A stretch of DNA of 64,000 nt from Vicugna vicugna (lineage: Eukaryota). The DNA is taken from the NCBI GenBank assembly GCA_013265495.1, contig MU058636.1, forward strand, positions 5,677,741 to 5,741,740. The letters run 5' to 3'. Below, in pieces: positions 12,101-24,247 of the stretch. Position 1 is the stretch's first letter. Every line of letters starts with the position of its first letter. The position numbers were made by a program, and so were the translations under genes. Below the pieces are notes generated by a model. That model did not search any database. It worked only from the letters and a program-made list of their open reading frames with translations, and was not told the origin of the DNA.

Positions 12101-15100
12101 ACCGAGTCTTCCTGTAAATCTGCCTTGTAATTTTTTTTAACTGCCAATAACCATTACTCTCTTAAAAGAAATCACAGTTATAACAGTGTAGGAGAAGATG
12201 AATATGAAAACGTCTCTTTGGGTAAACTAGCCATTCTGATTTAACTGAGTGCAAATAGCACAGAGGCCCAGTTTATTTGGTGTTAGGTCTAGAAAATTTA
12301 CACATTGAAGGAGGGGAGAATATTAAAGTTGTATACATGATCTGTTAAAAGGCTGGTTTAAATATATCAAATATCGTAAAAATTAAATAATCTTGTGTAT
12401 GATATTGTATCAATGTTACTCGTCAAAAAGCAAGAAGGCAGTGTAAATTTCTGTGCTACTTCCCATTCACATTTTGCTGGCAAAATTGTGAAGTGGTCAA
12501 ACACTTTGAGGAGCAGTTTGACAATATTAAATGTGACTGTAAATATATATAAATGTCATGACATGAAGAGCTTATGCAAATGAATAGGAAAAAAAAAATC
12601 TCCAAGAAGCCTTCCTTGAATTCCCTGCCTGGGCTAAATGCTCTGTTCGAAACAGATAAATTATTTGTAATTAAAGGGGCCTTATCTTTAATTATGAGAA
12701 TGATTCCAAAGAAATTTTAAGGATTAAATACTCTTATAATGATGACAGCATGAAGTTATAGGGGAAAGTTATTAAATGGGGAGAAAGTGAACATTGAAAG
12801 TAAGCTTTGGCATATGGAGGTAACATCTCAGTTAGAATAAAGGTATGAGAAAGGCCTACATCAGTGAGAAAATGATAGTTACAGGAGTATTTTATCATGA
12901 ATTCAAATTATAATTGATTTACATTATTTGACTTACAAACTATAATATACAGTATAAATTATTCAGATTATTTTATACTGTATTTATTTTGGTTATGATA
13001 AAATAGCAACAGTAAATTATTAACTAGACTTTGAGATAGAAACATTCATTTTCCTTTTGAATAGTAGGTTAAAATTCAGATAAAATAAAATAAATAGAGT
13101 TATGCTTCTTTGTGTCAAAAATTTGCTATCCAAAGATAGAACCAGCATGTGGCTATTTCTCAGCACAAGCTTAATGTGATGACCATTCTGTTTCATTGGC
13201 TCTTTCTAAGCTAGGCCTCCCTCTGGCACCGTGTATCAGTAAAGGGACTAGTGAAAGAGCATGGAAGAAGAAGAAGTCACGGTGCCTAAAATCCAGCTAC
13301 CTTTTCTCAAGTGCTTGTTAGATTAGTTGAGGACTTGATTTTTTTTCAATCAATTGAATGATAATACCATTCATGCTTGGCACAGAATAAGCAAAATTTT
13401 GGAATGTTTCAGGAACGTATCAATAGACAATTAAAAGTTTATAATCTGTTACCAATTTTATTCCCATATAAAAGCTGACTAATGACTTTTTCCCTCACTT
13501 TTCTTGACAAGAGTATTACAGTATATTAAAACAGAATGTAGAGGAGCCATCCATCAAACATGTGAGAATCATTCCTTCTGCAGTTAGATCACAACTCATC
13601 ACCAGATGGATTGCTTTTTGTTGACTTTTTGGCCTTATCTAATTGTTTCCAAAATATATACTGAAACTCTCTTCATGATGCAAATCTTTCTTCTTTGTTA
13701 GAATATAGGCTGTTGGCTTAATTTGAGGAAAAGCTCCTGACTGAGGTTCCTGTACAGGAGTTTCATAGAGGGGCAGCTGTGTGAAAACATAATCCCCCAA
13801 CTTTTCCTCCTCCCAGACTCATCAAGTGAAGCACCTGTCACTTCAGACAAACTGAGTTCTCTTTCAGCAGCAGGGGTTATACATTCATGGTTGGGAAAAA
13901 ACGTTACACTGGGTTTTGTTCAGGATTTGTTTTGGAATTTTCATTGAAGCTCTGATTGGAAGATGCATACAGAGACACGGCTCAAGGGAGGAAGTACAAA
14001 TACTGTTCCCTACTTCTCCCACTGTAGCAAATAATATGCTCCCATTAGGGGTTTCTTCTTAACGTCATTCATGATATGCACACCACCAGGCATCCTGAGT
14101 TGGAGGCATTGTGTTGTACCTTGCTCTTGGGCATCCCTAAGGAGGAATCCTTTGATGGGGATTCCAGTTCCCACAGATTGGCAGGATTTCCAGTCTGGTG
14201 TTTGATAGCTCCTTCAGTGCACATTGTGAAGTTTCTGGGCATTTAGCAAATACATAAGGGAAAGACATCTGCTTCTCTCTGAAGAGTTGAGATTCCATTC
14301 TGATGAGTTTTGTGCATGAAAGAATGACAAGTGGAACTATCTTCATTTTTGGTTGCCTTAACAATTACAATTCACATTATATCCCATCATGATCATCTGG
14401 GTGAGGGACTCCTCACAAAATGAACCAAATTCTTTCAATGCCTAAAATCTATATCACAAATTCAACTTATTTCAAGGTTATTTTGCTTTTGAGAGTGAAG
14501 GAGAATTTCTAATGTGTAGATAGTTAAAAATTAAGCAAGGTGGCTGTCTGTGGTGCCTGTGTCTTTCTGCATACCTTATATATTAGTCACACAACTCAGA
14601 TAACCTAGTCCAGGAGTCAGAGAGACTTGAACTATGCTTCCTTTGCTGTGCCACACTCTTGCCCCATTGTTGTCAGCAGTTATTCTGTATTCCAGTTCAC
14701 CAGATCTCCAACAGAAACTTGAGCAGGTTCTAATGTGGGCAGTCGGCCCTTACACTTTTATCCAGGAGGTAAGGATGCTATGCAGGAGTCCAGAAAGGAG
14801 ATGTGGCCTGTTCTATATAGCACGTGCCTACCAACCACAGAAATAATCTGCTCAGCTTTTGCAATATGACTGGATGTTGTGAGAAGGAGAAAATTTAAAA
14901 GGATCTGGAAATAATCCTCTTCTAGAATCAAGAGCATGTGAGCTTGTGAGAATAGGGCAACGATTGAGAAAGAAAATAACAAGTGGGGATATTTGACCAA
15001 TGATCTGAGGGCCTTAAGTTAACAGCCTGCTGGGCCACATCAAAGCCTAGTAAATATTAATTAAATTGACCAGAAAAAACAGAGATAAAGAATTGTGTAT

Positions 15101-17044
15101 TTGCTCAAATAAACTAGCAGAGTGAAAAGTCTTTTTTCCTTCCTGCCTGAAGAGTAACATTCTAATCTTCAACAGTTAATTATCTCTAGATTCTTTTTTC
15201 TTGGTACCAGATTTTCTTTCATATAATGCAATTTACTTTTTCAAATGGCCTTGGGTTATAAACTACTTTTTTAAATATCTTCTACACTGTTTTCTAAATA
15301 TAAACTTTAATGTGCTAAATGACCCAGGACATATATTCCATTTCTATATTATAGTAACAAAGATTCATGGCTCTACAAACTCTGCTCTCTGTTCCTTCAG
15401 GTCCCTATAGTGAAAAGTGATAGTGATGGGGGTTCCTGCCCTAATTACAAGAATAACCTAGGCTACTATAGCCCCAGTCAACTATTGAGAAGCCTAGATA
15501 ATGCATTTATATAAGAAACATCTCAGCTCATTAACTATAAACATTAAAAATATAAAGTACGGTCTGTATCTATATTGAAAAAAGTGTCACCATTTAAATT
15601 CACATAAGGTTAGAAGTTCCTGGGAAATGCGTGCTCTAGTTAAGTATCTGATACCATACATGCCAACCTATTTATTTACAAATTTTAAACAAATGTCTGT
15701 GAGGTCAACGTACCATTGTATTCATGCTTTATATACACAATGCACCCTAAAGGGAACTTACTGGTCAATTTATTTTATTGAATAAATAATATGCATCTTA
15801 AGAGCTGTGGAAAAAAATACCTTGAGATATATTTCAGTTGTCTTTATTTTTCACATTTTCTAGGAATTTTTTCTTTTATTACTCTACAATAAAAACCATA
15901 TGCACAAAATATCTATTCAACCTAGCAATTTCAGCCTCCTTTTCAAAGGTAGTACCAAATGAAATGGAAAGTTTTGCTTCTTGATCTGTTTACTATTTTG
16001 TTCCTTTGTGGTCAGAATGTCCTGCTTAGACACCGCAGAAAAAACAACAACAACTCTGAAGGGATCTGAATCTAGAATGATTTTGTGTAACACTTGTCAG
16101 ACAGCTACAGAAATGTAAAATATAACGCTTTGTAATATTTTTACATGAGAAAGAAAACCAACAGGATGAAAGAATTCTAATACTGATTTTTGAACCAATA
16201 GGAAATAAATTCAGTTTCACGGAATTACATACCATTTCCACAGTTAAATAAACTGCATTGATTTTTAATTTATTGGTTCCTGTTTATTAGTTTTGCCTCC
16301 CGATCTAGTATGTAAAAGCTTTAAAGGGAGGAACCTTGTTTTATAAATGGTTAAAATGGCAAATAATGACATTAATTTCTATGTGTGGCAAATGGAAATC
16401 AGTCATATTATAATTATACATTCTATATTTAGTTCATCTTGAGGGAAACAAACAAAACAACACATATACAAGCTATTTCTACTCAGAAATAGCAATTTTA
16501 TTTCACCAAAAAGCAAGTTAAGGTCAATTTTCTTCTGAGCTCTTTAGGGAAAAATATGGAGGTATTTATCCTATTGTAAAAAAAATATAAAACATTGTTA
16601 AAGTCCCCATAAGACCAGGGATTCTAGTGGCTGACAATCTGGCTGTATTCATGCATGCATAAGCCTTGATTCTCCAGAAAATCACTGCACATCGCTGATA
16701 ACTATTATGGCAACAGATATTAAGGTTTTGTTGGGCATGTTTTGAAGTAAATAGATACTCTGGGAGAGCAGAGTAAAAGCAGATAGGTTATGAATTGTAC
16801 CTCATAAGAATTTCAAATATAACTGAAGTAGATTGTTCCATTATTAGTTCAACCAAGGAAACCAGATTCAGAAGATACCTAGATTCAGGGCACCCTCCGG
16901 CCTGGTTTTTTTTACCTTTCTCTTACCACCAGTGTCCTGGGACCTGCTGTTAGGCATCTTTTTCCCAAAGCATATTGTGTATAATATTGCTAGGCAAGAA
17001 TAATATTTTTATATGTATGCATAAAATGTAGTAGAAAAAAATAG

Positions 17045-18440
17045 CACAACACAAGAGACCCTGAGTAGCCAAAACAATCTTGAAAAAGAGCAAAGATGGA
17101 GGTATCATGCTTTTGGATTTCAAACTATACAACAAAGCTGCAGTCATCAAAACAGTATGGTACTGGCACAAAAACAGGCACATAGATTAATAGAACAGAG
17201 TAGAGAGCCCAGGTATGAACCCACACTTCTCTGGTCAATCTAGAACAAAAGAGGCAAGAATATACAATGGGGAAAAGATACCCTCTTCAATAAATGGTGT
17301 TGGGAAAACCAGACAGCTGATGCAAAAGAATCAAACTAGACTACTTTCTCACACTATATACAAAAATAAACTCAAACTGGATTAAAGACTTAAGTATTAG
17401 ACCTGAAACCATAAAACACATTGAAGAAAACGTAGGCAGGGTGTCAATAGGTATGGACCTATTGACATAGGTATGGACCTATAGCCACCTTCTGAATAGA
17501 TATTTTTTTGAATATGTCTCTGCAGTCCAGGGCAACATAAGCCAAGTAAACAAATAGGACTACATCAAACTAAAAAGCTTCTGCACAGGAGAGGAAACTA
17601 TCCAAAAAAAAAAAAAGCCACCTTCTGAATAGGAGAAGATATTTGCAAATGATAGCTCTGGTAAGGGGTTAATATCCAAAATATATAAAGAACTCATACA
17701 ACTCGATATAAAAAAAAAAACTGGATTAAAAAGTTGTCAGAAGACCTGAATAGACATTTTTCCAAAGAAAACATACAGATGGCCAACAGACACACGAAGA
17801 GATGGAAAACGTCAATCATCAGGGAAATGCAAATCAAAACCACAGTGAACTATCACTTCACACCTGTCAGAACAACTACTATCAAAAAGACAACAAATAA
17901 GTGTTGGTGAGGGTGTGGAGAAAAGGAAACCATCATGCAACGTTGATGAGAATGTAAATTGGTGCAGCTGCTCTAGATAACAGTATAGAAATTTCTCAAA
18001 AAATTAGAACTGTACAATTCAGCAATTCCACTTCAGTGTATTTTTCCAGAGAAGACAAAAACACTAATTCAAAAAGATACATGCACCCCTATGTTCTTGC
18101 AGTATTATTCACAATAGCCAAGATATGGAAGCAACCTAAGTGCTTCCTAAGATAGATAAATGGGTAAAGAAATTGTGGTATGTATACAATGGAATATTTT
18201 TCAGTGATAAAAAGAATAAAATCTTGCCATTCGTGACAGCATGAATAGACCTAGAAGGTGTTATGCTAAGTGAAATGTCAGAAAAAGAAGGATAAATACT
18301 GTGTGATTTCACTTGTAAGTGGAACCAAAAAAACAAAACAAATGAACAAATGACAAAACATAAACAGAGATATAGAGAACAAACAGGTGTTTGCCAGAGG
18401 GAAGATGGGTAGGGAGATGAGTGAAATAAAAAAAAAAAGA
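17045..18440 (+). mobile_element. 5'-truncated LINE-1 (ORF2 3' half plus partial 3' UTR), L1MA-age
   Basis: Collinear ORF2 motifs: agccaaaacaatcttgaaaaag, aaaacagtatggtactggcac, tcttcaataaatggtgttgggaaaac, gggaaatgcaaatcaaaaccac, gatatggaagcaacctaagtg; ends in an A run; frameshifted. Confidence 0.93.
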
Positions 18441-20867
18441 GTATGTAAATAAATACTACATAGCAATTTTGCACTGTAGTTTATAAAATTATTTGCTTCC
18501 AGTATAACTTTTAATGCATATCTCCCATTGTTTAGTGCTTTATTGACTGTAATTAAAGCTTAAGATGATAAACATTAATAGCAACAAGAATGAACTAGTC
18601 CACACAACTTATTTCCAGTCACTCCTTCATGCTTTTTGACCGTATAATCAAGTCCAGGCCATTTTAGTACACTGCAGTTTCCATGTGCTTTACTTAGCTT
18701 TAACTTAATTAACCTTCACATAAGGGAGAAGTGAATAAAAAGGATCCTGCAAAGAAACCAGGGAATGCAGACGATACTGATAATACAAGCACAAGTGAAC
18801 AAGAAAATGTCTGAATGACTCCTGCTCCTTGTTCGACTGTGAACTTTATCTGAACTCTGTTAAAAGATAAAAAAAAAACTTACTGGCTTTTATAAGAACT
18901 AGTTTAACTATTTTAAGAAATTTCCAAGAAGATAATATTAAATATGAATTTTTATCCACTACTATTAACAAAGAACCTGACTCCTAAATTTACTTAGCTA
19001 ATGATAGTCTTCAAATGTCAAACTTAACCAGTCATTTAAAATGTTATTTAGTTCCCTCTTATTCCATTCTTCTTAGAATTTCTATTTTTGCATAGGTTTT
19101 ATAATATATACAATATTAAATTAGTAATAAATTGTATAGTATACAAATAAATGAGCATACATTTTGGAATATACTAAAAAATGTTTTACTGATGGTGGAG
19201 GTTTTCAGAAGTGTTTGGAGAAAATTGGTAGTGGATTTGGTACTAGCACTTCATCATGTTTTTGTTTCTGAAGAACATTTATTTCTCATAGATCATATCA
19301 AAGATTTCCATTGCTCTCAGTTTTTGAAAGACGTGACTTAATGTGTACGTTCTGAAAAAAAAATCTTTCAAAATCAAGTATCAAACAGAATTTCAACATA
19401 CTGGATATATTTGAGTTTAGCTGTCAAACTTCCTTGTCTACTTTGTGTAGCCAGTGAATTCATGTTTTTTTTTTTTGGAGAAAATGTGTCGCTGGGCTAA
19501 AAAAACAATGAAATTTTACATTTGAAAAGTTCCCCAAAGAGCAATTTTTATTCACTGAGTTATTACAATTTCTTGCTAATGTTAGATTTATGTATTTGCC
19601 AGTCCTTTCCTTCCTGCAGCTGAGCAACTAGCTAGCCAATCCAGTGAGCCCTGGAGCAATAGAATTTCTGCACATGCTCCTTTATCACTATGCCAGCTGG
19701 GCCAGCATTGAATTCAAATTTGAGTTGAGATAACCAGATATTCTCCCCATACGGACCAAGATTCTGTATTTGGGGCATGGGAGAAAGAAATGCATACAAG
19801 GGTGGCCAAGGCACCCTGAACTGCTCAGCTTTTGCACATGCCATTTATTCAACCTGGATGCCCCTTTCCCTTCTTGACAGCCACACTGTCTAAAGCTCCA
19901 GAAGAATGATATTTTTATAGGTCTAAGTAAAAGTGCCCCCAAAACAATATGGGACTGATCTCAACTGCAAAGCCCCTGAAATAGCAGATCGGTTTACAAT
20001 GTATTTTGATTATACCAGATGTAGCCTAGTGGGAGCCTTAACTCTTCATTAAATGAATGAACAAACTAGTGGGTAGATTAGAGATATTAGGTCAGTTAAG
20101 AGAACATATTGTTTCTACACCAGTTGGCTATTTTTAGTACAAATATTTTGAAATGTTGTTGGTGCTGCTCTCTTGATGGTTGATAACTATAATAAATTAA
20201 TCGTCCCTCAACTTGCTAATTCTCTTATTAAGAAAAATGAAAATCACATGTCAGTCATCCACAAACCTGTATCAATTGTCTATTCCCCAAGTGTTATTCT
20301 TCACAGTAACAAAATTTGAGAGGAATCTTAGAATTTTTCACTAAATATAGGGTAAAAAACATAGCATGAGCGATTTAAATTAGACAAACAGTAATATGGC
20401 TTAGAGTAACAAACTTCAACACAGTTTGATGGAATTTGGTGGAATCTTTTTCTCTGGAAGGCACTTATAAAAGCATTCTTAGTGATTTTAATATCTTTTT
20501 AGTGCTTTAGTTGCTGATTTGAAACCATCAGCTGCCTGATGACACCTGGATGTACTGATCTTTAAAATAGTCCTTTCAAGTTCTACTATTCAATAAAACA
20601 CCTAACATCTCAGTAGAATTTCACACTTCACAAAAGCCCTTTCAAATAAATTTTATCATTTAATCTTTATCACAGTCCTGACTGGTATGCATAATTATGT
20701 ACATTTCTTTAACTGAAGAAGCTGATTCTTGATTAAGTGATTTGTGTAAAGTATTATAAGCATATGCAGCACAGACACTGGATTCAAATTAAGCTGAACC
20801 AAATCCACCTATATTATATTTGATCATGATGCTGGTGATCATGATGGTGACTTCTGTTTAATAATGA

Positions 20868-20897
20868 TAATAATCATCATCATCATCATCATCATCT
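20868..20897 (+). repeat. (CAT)n microsatellite
   Basis: aataatcatcatcatcatcatcatcatc read directly. Confidence 0.85.
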
Positions 20898-20961
20898 CAC
20901 AGTAACATGGAGCTTATTTTTAAAACCTTTTAAAAAGGTTTTTCCCTGAGTCATAAATATT

Positions 20962-21791
20962 TTTTAACATTTTTTATTGATTTATAATAATTTTACAATG
21001 TTGTGTCAAATTCTAGTGTAGAGCACAATTTTTCAATTATACATGAACATATATATATTCATTGTCACATTTTTTTCTCTGTGAGCTACCATAAGATCTT
21101 GTATATATTTCCCTGTGCTATACAGTATAATCTTGTTTATCTATTCTACATTTTGAAATCCCAGTATGTCCCTTACCACCCCCTTGGCAACCACAAGTTT
21201 GTATTCTATATCTATGAGTTGTTTCTGTTTTGTATTTATGTTTTTTTTGTTTGTTTTTGATTTTTTAGATTCCACATATGAGCAATCTCATATGGTATTT
21301 TTCTTTCTCTTTCTGGCTTACTTCACTTAGAATGACATTCTCCAGGAGCATCCATGTTGCTATGCTAATATGGCTGAATAGTATTCCATTGTATAAATAT
21401 ACCACCTCTTCTTTATCCAGTCATCTGTTGATGGACATTTAGGCTGTTTCCATGTCTTGGCTATTGTAAATAGTGCTGCTATGAACATTGGGGTGCAGAT
21501 GTCATTTTGAAGTAGGGTTCCTTCTGGATATATGCCCAGGAGCGGGATTCCTGGGTCATATGGTAAGTCTATTCCTAGTCTTTTGAGGAATCTCCATACT
21601 GTTTTCCACAGTGGCTGCACCAACCTGCATTACCACCAGCAGTGTAGGAGGGTTCCCTTTGCTCCACAGCCTCTTCAGCATTTGTCATTTTGGATTTCTG
21701 AATGATGGTCATTCACCATTCTGACTGGTGTAAGGTGACACCTCATCATAGTTTTGATTTGCATTTCTCTGATAATTAGTGATATTGAGCA
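20962..21791 (-). mobile_element. Young lineage-specific L1: 3' segment of a 5'-inverted insertion
   Basis: The minus strand encodes the ORF2 C-terminus ([32 protein letters not shown]...WYIYTMEYYSAI, ORF 21360-21623), followed by 3' UTR and a T-rich tail at ~20962-20978. Confidence 0.95.
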
Positions 21792-22533
21792 AATCATAAT
21801 AAAATTTATATGGAACCATCAGAGACCTAGAATTGCCAAAGCACTACTGAAGAAAAAGAAAGAGGGTAGAGGAATATCTCTCCCAGACTTCAGACAATAC
21901 TATAGAGCTACAGTCATCGAAACAGCATGGTATTGGTACAAAAACAGACATATAGACCAATGGAACAGAATACAGAGCCCAGAAATGAACCCACAAACTT
22001 TTGGTCAACTAATCTTCAACAATGGAGGCAAGAATATACAATGGAATCAAGACAGTCTCTTCAGCAAATGGTGTTGGGAAAACTGGACAGCAACATGTAA
22101 AACAATGAAGCTATAACCCTCTCTTACACCATACACAGAAATCAACTCAAAATGGATCAAAGACTTAAACATAAGACAAGACACAATAAACCTCCTAGAA
22201 GAAAATAAAGGCAAAACATTATCTGACATACATCTCAAAAATGTTCTCCTAGAACAGTCTACTCAAGCAATAGAAATAAAAGCAAGAATAAACAAATGGG
22301 ACCTAATGAAACTTACAAGCTTCTGCACAGCAAAGGAAACCATAAGTAAAACAAAAAGACAACCTACGGAATGGGAGAAAAGTTTTGCAAGTGAAACCGA
22401 CAAAGGCTTGATCTGCAGAATATAAAAGCAGCTCATACGACTTAATAAGAAAAAACAAACAATCCAATCCAAAAATGAGCAGAAGACCTAAACAAGCAAC
22501 TCTCCAAGGAAGACATACAAATGATCAATAGGC
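21790..22533 (+). mobile_element. Young L1: inverted 5' segment of the same insertion
   Basis: Plus-strand ORF2 peptide [13 protein letters not shown]...[31 protein letters not shown] (ORF 21754-22116). It ends 11 nt short of where the minus segment starts, judged against the copy at 41 kb. Confidence 0.95.
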
Positions 22534-22744
22534 CTTAGTTATAAATATTACATTATAAAATATCAGTTGTTTCTTATTGTACTTAAAAAAATCAAGTGGG
22601 TTATCAGGCATTAAAAATGAAGAGATCTATGCATTTACCTGTATGTAAATTTTACCTGAGTAAAACATGAAAGGAATTATTAGTAACCAATAATGCAATG
22701 AAGTAAAAGCTGGTAAATAATCAGAATTATTGATAATAAAGTAA

Positions 22745-24247
22745 GCTCTAGAATAGAGAGCCCAGAAATAGACCCACACAAATGTAATCAACTGATCTGT
22801 GGCAAAGGAACAAAAACAATTCAATGGTGAAAGGATAGCCTTTTCAACAAATGTACTGGAACAACTGGACATCTACATGCAAAAAATAAATCTGGACATA
22901 GACCTTACACATTTTATAAATATCAACTCAAGAAGGATCATAGACCTAAATTTAAAACAGAAAACGATAAGACTACTACAAGATAACATGTGAGAAAATC
23001 TAGGTGACTTTGAGTTTGACTATGACTTTTCAGATGTAACACCAAAAGCATAATCTGTGAAAGAAAATATTGGTAAGTCAGACTTCATTAAAATTTAGGA
23101 CTTCTGGTCTGTGAAAGGCATTGTTAAAAGAATGAAAAGACAAGCTAAAAAATCTTTGAAAAATGTATGTCTGATAAAAGACTGATATTTAAAATATACA
23201 AAGAACTCTTAAAACTTAACAATAAGAAAACCCAATTTTAAAATGGGCAAAGAATCTGAACATTCACAAAAGAAGATATATGGATGGCAAATTTTCATAA
23301 GTATATGAAAAGATGCTCCACGTTAGCTTTCACTAGGGAATTGCAAATTAAGCCAACAATAAGATACCACTATATACCTATTAGAATGGCTACAATTCAA
23401 AATACTGACAATACTGAATTCTGGTGAGGATGTGGAGAAGAAGGAACTCTTACCTATTACTGATAAAAATGCAAAATGGTACAGCCACTTTGAAAGACAG
23501 TTTGACAATTTCTTACAAAATGAAACATACTCTTACCATATAATCCTGCAGTTGCGCTTCTTGATATTTACCCAAGTGAATTGAAAATTTGTATCCACAC
23601 AAAAACCTGCATGCAAATATTTATTTCAGCTTTGTTTATAATTGCCAAAACTTGGAAGCAGCCAAACTACTCTTCAGTAGGTAAATGAAATAAGTTGTGG
23701 TACACACAGACAGTGGACTATTACCCAGCATTTAAAAGATATGAGCTATCAAGTTTAAAAGATACGAGGAAACTTACATACATGGTGTAAAAGTGAAAGA
23801 AGGCAGTTTGAGAAGGCTACTTAGCTGTATGATTCTAACTATATGACATCCTGGAAAAGACAAAACTGTGGAGACAGTGAAAAAATCAGTGGTTGCCAGG
23901 GATTCATAGGAAGAAATAGAGGGATGAATTGGTGGAGCCCCGGGGATTTTCAGGCCAGTGAGACTATTCTATCTGACACTATAGTGGTGAATATATATTA
24001 TTATATATTTGTCAAAACCCATAGAATGCACAATAGAAAGAGTATAATGTAAACTACATACTTCAGTTAGTGTCAACATTGACTCATCAACTGTAACAAC
24101 TGTACCTCACTGATGAAGGATGTTAATAATAGAGGAAATAGCGTTAGGGGTGGGGAAAGAGGGAGATGGGGTATATGGAAACATTTTCACCCAGTTTTCC
24201 TGTAAACCTAAAACAGCACTAAAAAATTAAGTGTATTAATTTTAAAA
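22745..24247 (+). mobile_element. 5'-truncated L1MC-like LINE-1
   Basis: agaatagagagcccagaaatagacccacac through the ORF2 end and an L1MC-type 3' UTR (gtcaaaacccatagaatg, aatgtaaactac, ttttcctgtaaacctaaaac). Confidence 0.9.
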
